From NCBI GenBank assembly GCA_965207375.1, contig OZ242274.1:2016001-2080000 (forward strand): 64,000 nt of DNA. Direction: 5' to 3'. A program made the translations under genes and the position numbers. Below are positions 1 through 9,596 of this stretch, in pieces; positions within the stretch are counted from its first letter, which is position 1; each line of letters starts with the position of its first letter. The notes under the pieces are model-generated. The model made no database searches. It was given only the letters and a program-made list of their open reading frames with translations, and was not told the origin of the DNA. The stretch is from Nitrosopumilaceae archaeon. GTDB taxonomy: Archaea > Thermoproteota > Nitrososphaeria > Nitrososphaerales > Nitrosopumilaceae.

Positions 1-384
1 AATAATCTACAAATGCCTGGACATATGATTCTATAGCATATTGTAAGGCGTTGTAAACCTGTTAGTGTTTATGTAAAAACTAGAGTCGAAATTAAGAATA
101 CAAGAAATGTATTTGAAAACATTTCCAAAATACAAGACAAATTAGAAATAGAAGATATCAAAGTAAATAATATGGAAAAGGATCAATACAGGGTAATAAC
201 CGGCGGTAATTTCAAGCCCGGTTCCTTGAAACACAAGGTCTTTGAGGCACACAAACAAATGTATCTACATTACTTTCCAGGCCATGATGTTGAGAAACTA
301 ATTGAACGCTTGGAACACAATTATGGTACAGAAAAAGAGTATAAAATACTGCACATAATGTTTCCTTCCGGCAGGGTCGAATAA
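1..384 (+). pseudogene. Hypothetical protein, 5'-partial or interrupted
   Basis: The frame of ORF 172..384 is open upstream to 37, with one in-frame TAG at 34-36 and an open frame before it. No family recognised. Confidence 0.3.
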
Positions 385-538
385 GTAAATTTTCACCCCA
401 AATTTGGGCATTTTGGAGCTTGAATACTAAACATAATTGTACTACCAATGATACATAGAAACAAATCTGTGACCCTTTCAGTCATTCTTGGCATGGTCTA
501 GGTCTTGGACTTACCTGCGCTGCCGGAGACAGACTGTA

Positions 539-781
539 CTATGTCTTCCAAGAGCAGTCAGACCTGTTTGCAACTTTTAGGGGCGTATCAAGTCTGCCAT
601 TCCATCCAAAAGAGCATTGATTGCAAAACCATTTGTCTTGAAATGATGACACAATGCAACCACCCAAAATAGTTCTCCCCTCCTCTAGCTCCCGGTCTAG
701 TTTCTCTGAAGGAATTGGCAAGCCGTAGAGTATCTTTGCAACAGAATTGCTGCCACATTTGGGACACTTGCGTCTGGCCAT
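539..781 (-). CDS. Small Zn-ribbon hypothetical protein
   Basis: CPKCGS...ILYGLP...GGCIV...WFCNQC motif pattern. Confidence 0.75.
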   Translation of the reverse strand: MARRKCPKCGSNSVAKILYGLPIPSEKLDRELEEGRTILGGCIVSSFQDKWFCNQCSFGWNGRLDTPLKVANRSDCSWKT

Positions 782-1086
782 GTGTATAGTTTCAATATTT
801 TATAAAATATAATGCTTGAGAACAAAATACAGAACTTGATTCAGAAAGGTTTGCAATTGTCACAAATTACCAGAACTGATAACTTTACGACTCGATGAAA
901 TGTGGGTAAAATAGGCCAAAATCTACCCCAAAATGCAAAGAAACAACAGGACTGGAATAAGAATTTGAGCCATATTTTGCTTAGCTGATATGACTGTAAT
1001 TGGTCCAAAAATCACGAGTTTTTTTGAGTAATTGTGTAAAGGATTTTAGCTCTTGATTTTACCTAAGCAAAGGGTAATGGTATTGT

Positions 1087-2241
1087 ATGGTCAAAGAGCA
1101 GGCATTAACGGTTAGTTTGGAAGAATTTGGCCTAAGCAAATATGAGGCCAAGGCATACGTTACATTGATTGCAAATGGTACAATTTCGGCTAGCGAACTT
1201 GCATATTATGCTGAAATTCCAAGAACAAAGGCATATCCGATACTTCTCAAATTAGAAAAGAAAAAACTAGCCATACTCTCAAAGAGCAAGCCAATAATGT
1301 GTACCGGCGTTGCCCCAGAAGATGCATTTGACAGAATAATTCATGAACAAATAGACCGAGTCAATGCCATGAATTCGCTAGTCTCCAATCTAAAGCAGGT
1401 CAGTGAGGAAAGTAAAAAATCACGCGGGTTGGAGGAAAAAAGATACTTTCACATTTCTGCAAACAACGTGCTAGATCAGCTAAAACAAATGATCGATGGT
1501 GCAAAAAAATCCATACACATAACAATGGATCAGTGGGGATTGGGCCTAGTCTCAGAATGCATGGAGCAGATAATTGGGGTTGCAAGAAGGGATTTGGAAA
1601 TTAAAATCATCATTCCATCAAACCAGATAGGCTCAGAGATTTACAAGAAGATACCTGACGGGGTAAAGATCAAGGGTGGAGAAAATGGACAGAACTGTTT
1701 TATTTTTGATCAGACAGAGTTGCTATTCATAGACAGCGATAATGGAAAGGCTGCGACATTTTCATCAACTGATGTTTTGGGCTCAAATCAGATTAAATTG
1801 TTTAATCAAATATGGAAATCAGGTCTAAAAACAGAATCGGTTGCAGATATGAGCAAGTCAGAATCTCAAGAGATATACAAAATAATTAAAACAGTAGAGG
1901 AACACGGTCTAAGCCACATCCTAAATTCAACATACGTTGCAAAAAACAAAGAATCAGGCATGCTAGAACTGTTGGAAAAAAACGGAGTCAACCTCAAAGC
2001 AAAATCACTTGATGATATCATAGAGATTGTAGACTCTGTACTACATATAATGTGCTCAGGACATGCAAGCTTTGATGTCAAAAACAAAAACATCTCAATC
2101 GAGTCAAAAGTAAACAGCGGTCATTCATTGCCATGGGCCAACATAGTTGAGGGATATTTACAAAATCAGGGTTACAAGACGCGCCTAGTTTATCAAAATG
2201 GTCAAAAAGGCGAAAAGGTTCATATCAAAATTCAGCAATAG
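1087..2241 (+). CDS. TrmB family transcriptional regulator
   Basis: N-terminal FGLSKYEAKAYVTL...ASELAYYAEIPRTKAY...LEKK winged HTH followed by an effector domain. Confidence 0.9.
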   Translation: MVKEQALTVSLEEFGLSKYEAKAYVTLIANGTISASELAYYAEIPRTKAYPILLKLEKKKLAILSKSKPIMCTGVAPEDAFDRIIHEQIDRVNAMNSLVSNLKQVSEESKKSRGLEEKRYFHISANNVLDQLKQMIDGAKKSIHITMDQWGLGLVSECMEQIIGVARRDLEIKIIIPSNQIGSEIYKKIPDGVKIKGGENGQNCFIFDQTELLFIDSDNGKAATFSSTDVLGSNQIKLFNQIWKSGLKTESVADMSKSESQEIYKIIKTVEEHGLSHILNSTYVAKNKESGMLELLEKNGVNLKAKSLDDIIEIVDSVLHIMCSGHASFDVKNKNISIESKVNSGHSLPWANIVEGYLQNQGYKTRLVYQNGQKGEKVHIKIQQ

Positions 2242-2277
2242 CAAAAACTAAAAACTAGGATTTCAAGTGTTGCATTT

Positions 2278-2730
2278 ATGTATGAAGAAAAAATCAAGGA
2301 GTTAGGAATTACACTGCCAGAGCCTCCAAATCCTGCAGGCTCCTACATACCAGCAGTTAGAACAGGAAATTTAGTTTTTTTATCAGGTCAAATTCCGCTA
2401 TATAACGGAAAGATTGCATTTGCAGGAAAGGTCACAGATGACAATATAGAGGATGCAAAAAAATCCGCCAAAATTTGTGCCATCAATCTTTTGGCTCAGT
2501 TAAAGGCAAATCTGGGTAGCTTGGATAAAATCAAAAGAATTGTAAAGATTTCAGGATTTGTAAACTCTGATCCAGAATTTTACCAGCACCCAAAGGTAAT
2601 CAATGCAGCATCAGATTTTTTATTTGAAATATTTGAAGAAAATGCAAGGCATTGCAGAGTAGCAATAGGAGTCTCGAGTCTGCCATTGAACTCTATGACA
2701 GAGATTGATGCAATAGTGGAAGTAAATTAG
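2278..2730 (+). CDS. RidA/YjgF family protein
   Basis: GSYIPAVRTGNLVFLSGQIP, VINAASD, RHCRVAIGVSSLP motifs. Confidence 0.92.
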   Translation: MYEEKIKELGITLPEPPNPAGSYIPAVRTGNLVFLSGQIPLYNGKIAFAGKVTDDNIEDAKKSAKICAINLLAQLKANLGSLDKIKRIVKISGFVNSDPEFYQHPKVINAASDFLFEIFEENARHCRVAIGVSSLPLNSMTEIDAIVEVN

Positions 2731-3005
2731 AAAGATACGGCAGGTCTGACTAAATCGATAACAGATTGTATAATCAAAGACATACGAGACAAAATCGAGG
2801 ATAGATTAAAACCCAAGATTTTATTAAATTAACAAAAGAGACCGTACAAAATCAGGTCGTAAATTTTTCAAGTATGAAATTGTCAGGTATGTTCAAAAAC
2901 TAGGCATAGAATCAGAGGCGGCCTGAGTATGTGCTTCGAACCAAACACCATCTCAGACGTTCTTGAGGTTATAGTATGTCATCTTGAAATAAAAAATGTG
3001 GCGGA

Positions 3006-3251
3006 TTAGCGCCTTTCAAGCTGGGACACGCGATCCTCTAACTCAATAATGCGTTCCTGCAAGGCGGTAATGTCTACACGGTACCTTGAGGAATCACAGT
3101 CAAAGCCGTTGTGACCGTGCGCACATTCCTCAGAATATCGGGGCGTAGATTGATTATCGCCCTCGTTTACATCTAACCCGCCGTATGCAGATATTGTGCC
3201 CATGGCAAATAGTGCAATAATGCCTGCAAGTACGGGGTATCTCTTATTCAT
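3006..3251 (-). CDS. Small secreted protein with C-terminal coiled coil
   Basis: Signal peptide (MNKRYPVLAGIIALFAMGTISAYG), Cys pair around HGH, heptad tail ITALQERIIELEDRVSQLE. Confidence 0.7.
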   Translation of the reverse strand: MNKRYPVLAGIIALFAMGTISAYGGLDVNEGDNQSTPRYSEECAHGHNGFDCDSSRYRVDITALQERIIELEDRVSQLERR

Positions 3252-3355
3252 GTCATAGATAGAATTTAGTATTATTTATTATTTCTTATATTATGGAAAT
3301 AATAGACTATTTCTAAAATAATACGATTTATAACACATAATGACAAAGATGTACA

Positions 3356-3967
3356 GTGAACACGTTAGACAAAGTTGTAGCCAAGGGAGTCATGATGGTA
3401 CTAGAGGAGGATCTCGGCAGTGTTACATACAAAAAAATCGAAAAAGAGATACAGGACATGTATGGCATGTCGGTTCTAGAGGCAGTAGGTGACTTTGCAA
3501 AACTCGACCTGGTAATGAGAAAGTTTTTTGGAAGATACGCATCAAACATAGAATCTAAAATATTCAAAAAAGTTCTAACAGTAGACAAGAACACAAAAAA
3601 CAGATCTACAATCACCATCAGGAATCCCATAGTAGCAAAGTCAGTATTTGAGGCATATGGCGATCCTGCAAAAAAGGTGATTCTTGACATGCTGCTTGAT
3701 GAATCAAAATCAATACCAGATACCATAACAGAATCCGGACTTGCAAAGGCATCTACATATAATCGAATCAAGGAATTGATTAAGGACGGTCTGATCACAA
3801 TGAATGGATTTGCAAATGCAAGTGACGGAAGAAAGGTAAATCAATATACTGCCACCTTCAACAAGACGATATTCAACATAGATCAAAAATCAATTTCAGT
3901 TAATGCCACCATAGAATCAAAATTTCTAAGGGACAGTTACGTATACAACTCGATTCATACGGTGTAA
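3356..3967 (+). CDS. Winged-helix (ArsR-like) transcriptional regulator, thaumarchaeal type
   Basis: YGDPAKKVILD...SIPDTITESGLAKASTYNRIKELIKDGL HTH, DGRKV wing. Confidence 0.8.
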   Translation: MNTLDKVVAKGVMMVLEEDLGSVTYKKIEKEIQDMYGMSVLEAVGDFAKLDLVMRKFFGRYASNIESKIFKKVLTVDKNTKNRSTITIRNPIVAKSVFEAYGDPAKKVILDMLLDESKSIPDTITESGLAKASTYNRIKELIKDGLITMNGFANASDGRKVNQYTATFNKTIFNIDQKSISVNATIESKFLRDSYVYNSIHTV

Positions 3968-3972
3968 TCGTT

Positions 3973-4731
3973 GTGTTTCAGATACCATCCAACAAAATAA
4001 AAAGAACAAGTGTAATTCCGATAATAATTTTTGCAATAATTGCTACAGCCTATTTTATAGGAGTCACATTAGAACATGCAGATGTGCCGCTGTTCATAAG
4101 GACTGCCATTGTTGCAGGTCCGATAGCAGTTTCAGTGTCTTGTGTTTTAATTGCAAAAAGATATGACAATTCTAAGATATTTGGAAAATCATATTTGCTT
4201 TTGGGGATAGGATATCTGTTCACGTTTGTAGGAGAAGGGATATTTTTTTATCACGTGGACAATCTTGGCCTTTTGGATTATGTCATACTAGGCGATGCAT
4301 TTATTCTTGCAAGCTATCCGTTTATGATGGCCCATATCGCTATCAACATAAAGTATTTTGCTGAAAAGTTAGAGGCATGGCAGTGGATGCTGTTTGCAGG
4401 TGTGTTTGCAGTTATACTTTCAGTCTATTCAGTATCATTGCTAAATTCGGACAATATGGATGATTTTTTGTATTATCTGGTATTTGTTTCTGCATCATCG
4501 ATAGTGCTTGGACTAGCTGCTGTGGCATTTACAATGTTTCGGCAAACGGTGCTTTCTTCTGCATGGTTTGTATTACTGATAGGAATTACGCTAGGAACCA
4601 TGGGCGATGTCATGTACAATCACGCATCCACACTAGGAACATACGGTTTTGAAGACTTTTCTAACATCTTGTGGATTACCTCTACCATGATTATGATATA
4701 TGCGCTGTATGAGCATCGCAAAAATATGTAA
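3973..4731 (+). CDS. Multi-pass membrane protein (sensor-like, no cytoplasmic output domain)
   Basis: About 8 hydrophobic segments; starts 5 bp after the HTH gene. Confidence 0.75.
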   Translation: MFQIPSNKIKRTSVIPIIIFAIIATAYFIGVTLEHADVPLFIRTAIVAGPIAVSVSCVLIAKRYDNSKIFGKSYLLLGIGYLFTFVGEGIFFYHVDNLGLLDYVILGDAFILASYPFMMAHIAINIKYFAEKLEAWQWMLFAGVFAVILSVYSVSLLNSDNMDDFLYYLVFVSASSIVLGLAAVAFTMFRQTVLSSAWFVLLIGITLGTMGDVMYNHASTLGTYGFEDFSNILWITSTMIMIYALYEHRKNM

Positions 4732-4902
4732 TTCAAACCAGTGATTTTTGCATCCAAATTAGATATGGCATTTGATCTGTTGCAAACAAGTACAATGATT
4801 CTTCAGCGTTAACTGTTGATAAAAAGTCAATATGCAAATTTTCTCCGGATTGCTCCTGCCTAGATTACCGCCTGCACAAGAGCAATCACACATTAGCCAG
4901 GG

Positions 4903-4946
4903 GTCGATCCACCACTAGAACTGCGCCGGGGTGGTTATCATGTGTT
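4903..4946. repeat. Dispersed repeat, copy 1 (copy 2 at 19735-19775)
   Basis: gtcgatcc(acc)actagaactgcgccggggtggttatcatgtgtt matches copy 2 with 3 substitutions and a 3-nt indel. Confidence 0.8.
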
Positions 4947-5105
4947 CATAATGATTGAAAAATTAGGTATAAGGTGAACAAGTACAAAGAAAGTGTTACC
5001 TACCTTCAATACCTGTCAATTGTACGATTTTAGGCAATAATATCACATATTTTTGGACAACTGTACATTATTGTTATACAATAATTTAATTATCTATATC
5101 GTTTC

Positions 5106-6574
5106 ATGATATCTGTGAAAGCATTATCTCTAGTTTTCATGGCATCTGCCGCGTGTAGATGCTACATTAGGAACCCCCCCCCCGCACATTACACTGTATA
5201 GTTTTCATGGCATCTGCCGCAGGATTGATATTATTATTTACACCAGACTTTGCAGAGGCCCATTCTCCAACTGATGATGACTTTTTATGCAAAAGTGATA
5301 AATGGATAACCGTTTTTGGAGCACAAGTGTACTTCTCGCAGAATTTGTTTATTGTCGAATGAGGGCAAAGAGGCCAACTTGGTGTTTACACCGACTCTGA
5401 TGGTATAACCTACACATGTATTAACTATTTTAACCTGTTTACAGAAAGTCGTAACCCTACAGACGTAGATTATAGCCCCAATACACACACATACTCTATA
5501 CCACCCGGCCAAAATTACCATGACGGAATAGAAAGAATTGACATTTTCCATCATAATGGCACTCTAAAAGAATCTATTCTATATGAGGCAAAAAGCATTC
5601 TAGGTGTTTCAGATGAAGATGATCCGAATAGTAACCCAAATCAAGGCGTGTTTATGAAACTAGAACATCATGAAGATGGCACACTAAAAGAAATAATCAA
5701 TCTTGAGGATGGTGAATCTACAAGTGAAATAAAATTCAAAGAGGGCGGCAATATTGCAACTGAAGTTATCAAACGTGACTTGAAGGCAGAAAACACCACA
5801 AGGACAGATGAAAACGGTAATTTCCTATTACCTCAAAATAAAACTACATGGCATGATAACGGAATCCAAAAGAGTTATTATGAAATATTTCCAGACGGTA
5901 AAGATTTGACTATAACATGGAATGAACATGGAACTATGACACAGTATTTTAAAACATACCACAATGATAATACATATGTCACACTAGAAGCCAGCAGGGC
6001 AAATTTCATCAGCGCTCAAAATATTGCAGATATTTCAAAACCTGCACTTGTGGCTATTGTACGTGATGCCTTAAGAGAGAATCATCTAGTAGATATAGAG
6101 ATTAGGAAAGCCATCATACTACAAAACATTAAATCTTTTCTAAAAAATCAACTTCTAAATTTGGATAATGTAGAGACTCGCAATATAAACGAGGTAAACA
6201 CTGTAATTGGAAATGGCATACATGGTGCGATTGTTGTTACAGAAGCGGACAATAATCGTGGCAAAAACTATGTTGCAAGACTTGCAGACGGTTTTGTAAG
6301 TGCAGGAATTGCAAATCTTGACTCTACCGGATTTGTGCATCTGGCGACGTATTATGACTACACAGCCATTGACGGATGGACTCGCACAGATCAACAACTG
6401 TACGCCATGCATTTTCAGACCGGAATACACCCTGACGGCTCTGCAAATAATGATTCATGTTCTTCTGAAAATAGAGCAAGAATAACATGTACTGATGATA
6501 TGAGGGCAGAATATTTTGAATTTCTAGAGCGTCAGATTCCAAGAACAGGCGGCAGCACTCATGATACTGCATAG
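5106..6574 (+). pseudogene. Disrupted secreted protein with MORN-variant-like repeats (includes ORF 5648..6574)
   Basis: Removing 5131-5198 reconstructs the signal peptide MISVKALSLVFMASAAGLILLFTPDFAEA. The frame from 5207 runs to 6574 except for TGA at 5360-5362. Repeats FHHNGTLKE, HHEDGTLKE, WHDNGIQKS, WNEHGTMTQ. Confidence 0.75.
5131..5220 (+). repeat. 22-bp perfect direct repeat flanking a 46-bp insert with a C10 tract
   Basis: tagttttcatggcatctgccgc at 5131-5152 and 5199-5220. Confidence 0.95.
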
Positions 6575-6811
6575 TAATTTGAAAAAAGAATGGAACCCAA
6601 ATTCCTGAAAAAAAGAGCCTGCATGCCCATATCTTGGGCCAAATTGGACAGGAATGTGCCTGCTTAGTTGCATTTTTGTCATATTTGGTAACGTATGGGA
6701 TCAATGAAATTAGAACTTGCGATACAAAAGATTGACGTGCCTAGAAGCAATTATGATACAACAGCTAAAGGCACATCAAGATACACTTGATAATGCCATA
6801 TTTAACTGCCC

Positions 6812-7921
6812 ATGTTGGGAGGACGATATTTTATGAAGCCATCCTCAGGGATAAAGAGAGGAATAGAGTTTCTCAAAGGTACCACTACGTCTGAGATGGA
6901 ACATCGCCTAAAGGCAGAGCACTCAGGCAAGTCGCGTGAGCGGCTACAGGCAGCACTGCTGCGCAGACAGGGCCTAGATCTAGAATCTATACGTAAAATT
7001 CTAGGACGAGGTAAGGGCAGCATCTCAAGATGGCTCAACAGGATGCAAAAAGAAGGACCTGATGCGATACTTGACGGCAAGAGTACCGGAAGACCCTGCA
7101 AGCTCTCAAAGGTACAACAGGAGGCAGTCAGAATATCTCTTGCCCAGGATCCAATGTGCAGCGGTTTTGAGCGCTCAAACTGGACTGCTAGACTGCTTGG
7201 AGTACACATTGAGAACAATTATGGTACACAATACAGTGCATCAGGAGCTCTTGCACTTGCGTATGGCATGGGTTATTCCATCAGAGTGCCTAGATCCGTA
7301 CCATACAATACACCTGACAAGGAGACAATTGACAAATACGTGTCAAACACCATACAAGCAATTACGTCACATGCATCTGCTGATTATGCCATATGTTGTT
7401 TGGATGCTGTAGGATTTGCCGACTCGCCGTTTTCTGCTCGTGGGATTCGTCCCATAGGTGGACATGAAACTGTAAAGTCTAACTTTAAGACTGCTACCAC
7501 AAAGGCAATAGGCGCACTCGGTCAAGACGGACTAGTCTTGGATTTTTATGACGACGTTGGATCTGATAGTGTCATAGATTTACTTGAACAGATACGTAAA
7601 AAGCATGGCAGAGTCTTTGTGATATGTGATAATGCAAGTGGCCACAAATCCAAAAAGATCAAAGAGTATTTGGAAAAGGCATGCGGCGATGTTGTCCTGT
7701 GGTACCTTCCACCGTACACCCCACAGCACAATCCAATAGAGATGATGTGGCGTGAGATCAAACGGGCCATTGCAGGAAGATACTTTGGCAGCTTTGAAAA
7801 AATGCATGATACCATAAAACAACTCATAAAATCAGGCGAGGTGGCAACTGTAAAGCTGTTCAAATACATGCTTGATGCAATAGATCAGGCCAAAAACGTC
7901 CTTCAGACATCTGTAATCTGA
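6812..7921 (+). mobile_element. IS630 family transposase (uninterrupted ORF; element ends not resolved)
   Basis: N-terminal HTHs, NWT motif, CCLDAVG / ICDNASGHKS / LPPYTPQHNPIEMMWREIK DDE signature. Confidence 0.93.
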
Positions 7922-8146
7922 AAAACATATCAGGATTTCAAGGGTTGTCTTTTCAGGGTAACCTAAGCTCAAAACTGCACCAATATACCAAAACATGCCA
8001 CAACATGTTTGATTTTATGAATTTGCCCATATTCTGTCATGATTTTGCGTTTTACCTGTGGCTGAAATCTAATAGCACAGGCTACAGCCAGAAAGCGTTC
8101 CATTCTTTTTTGCGATTACTATGCATCTGCAAAATATGACCGTAAC

Positions 8147-8770
8147 TTGAGTAACGAGATAACACCAGAGCCATTAATTGCTGTACCAGGTTATGTAGAT
8201 ACGTCTTTACTCAAGGAAGTACAATATACAAAATCTCTATTAGAACACGGTAAATCAATATCAAATGGCCCTAATGATGTTGAGACCTGGAATAAGGTAC
8301 TAGCAGCATTTGGACATTTGGATCAAGGCAAAATGACAGCAGCTGAAGCCCAAGTCAATGCTGATACATACGGAGGCCCATTATGGTCAAGAATTGCAGC
8401 AGCAATTAGCGAGTTAGAGGCAGATGTACCTGCAGGCATTAACGCAGAACCAACAGAACAGCAGCCTATACCAGATTCAATACCAGATTCAATACCAGAT
8501 ACAATACAAGATATACAAATTGAGCCTGAACCTGAACCAACGCCTGCAATAGACCCAGAACTAATTGAGGATGTAAAGTACATGGCATCTATGACACATC
8601 ACGGTCATGATCACGTTGACAGATGGAATAAGGTACTAGCAGCATTGGGGGTGATACAACATGATAATCCAATTACAGCTGCCGAGGCTGAAGCAAATTC
8701 AAAGAAATATTCTAGTCCACTATGGCCAAAGATTGCAGAGATTTTGAAGCAATTAGAGAATGCCAGCTAA
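8147..8770 (+). CDS. Protein (likely C-terminal fragment) with two copies of an unrecognised ~65-aa helical domain
   Basis: Two WNKVLAA.G...(M/I)TAAEA...PLW..IA repeats, homologous to those in 19932..22283. No signal peptide. 12-bp IPDS microrepeat at 8468-8513. Confidence 0.75.
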   Translation: MSNEITPEPLIAVPGYVDTSLLKEVQYTKSLLEHGKSISNGPNDVETWNKVLAAFGHLDQGKMTAAEAQVNADTYGGPLWSRIAAAISELEADVPAGINAEPTEQQPIPDSIPDSIPDTIQDIQIEPEPEPTPAIDPELIEDVKYMASMTHHGHDHVDRWNKVLAALGVIQHDNPITAAEAEANSKKYSSPLWPKIAEILKQLENAS

Positions 8771-8927
8771 AGGAACAAACAATCAATAAAATTTTGAAAT
8801 CAAGGTTTACGTAAAACATACCACATGTCAAACTGTATCACATGACGTTAACAATTACAATTATTTTCTAGTGTCAAAGATTTCCAATTTGGATGTTTTT
8901 TTAAATATTTTTCAGGTAATTTCCTGT

Positions 8928-9125
8928 ATGACTCAAACCTGTAAAGGAATATGTGAGCGATTCAAATTTGATTTGTTGTCTAGCAGTCTGCGATACAAGA
9001 TTGGGCAGAAATGGTGTTCTCTGTGTGCGCTGTTTTTTCTTACAGAGGATGTGATGTGTCCATGTTGTAAAACACGATTAAGATCAAGGCCTAGATGCAA
9101 AAAGGAAAATGTGTCAAGATTGTAA
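8928..9125 (+). CDS. Small Cys-rich Zn-binding protein (thaumarchaeal type)
   Basis: MTQTCKGIC...RY..GQKWCSLC...CPCCKTRLR; start taken at ATG 8928. Confidence 0.75.
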   Translation: MTQTCKGICERFKFDLLSSSLRYKIGQKWCSLCALFFLTEDVMCPCCKTRLRSRPRCKKENVSRL

Positions 9126-9596
9126 GTCACGTATTTTGATTCTTGATTGATATAGTTTGTAGGCAGTTATCCCGTTAAAGCCAAAAATTATCAACAGTCC
9201 AACATACGCCAAAGGTTGGCTGTACTGTATCAGTACAGCCGAAATTCCTGTTCCAAACACGCCAGGTAGTAATGAAAGAACATACAGCCACCAGCCACAG
9301 CACCCCAATGGCACCAGAGAAAAAAACGAGAAAAACGAGGTCGTAGCAGTGCTGCTAGAATTGACACCAAAGTATTTGCGTTTTGCATTTAGGCGGCACC
9401 CCAAGGCCTTGCTTTTTTCAGAAAGGTAGACCTGTATGCCGATTCCTACACCCATTCCTATAATTACAACGGAATTAAGCTCAAATGCTGCGCTGATTGC
9501 ATATTGGGCAGGCAGTGCAGGAGTTGTTGCGACCACTATTCCCAGATAAATTACAACAGTAACAGTACCCACAATGACAGATTTTAAAAGAGTCAC
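9114..9596 (-). CDS. Membrane protein with CC motif
   Basis: Four TM segments, PLGCCGWW; ATGA overlap with the DUF3179 gene. Confidence 0.8.
   Translation of the reverse strand: MTLLKSVIVGTVTVVIYLGIVVATTPALPAQYAISAAFELNSVVIIGMGVGIGIQVYLSEKSKALGCRLNAKRKYFGVNSSSTATTSFFSFFSLVPLGCCGWWLYVLSLLPGVFGTGISAVLIQYSQPLAYVGLLIIFGFNGITAYKLYQSRIKIRDLQS

Noticed and set aside
5131-5220. Mini-CRISPR array (two repeats, one spacer)
   Set aside because: The repeat is part of the signal-peptide coding sequence, there are only two copies, and no cas genes are in the window.
6783-7960. Terminal inverted repeats of the IS630 element
   Set aside because: Only weak similarity (acacttgataat vs acccttgaaat); not enough to define ends.
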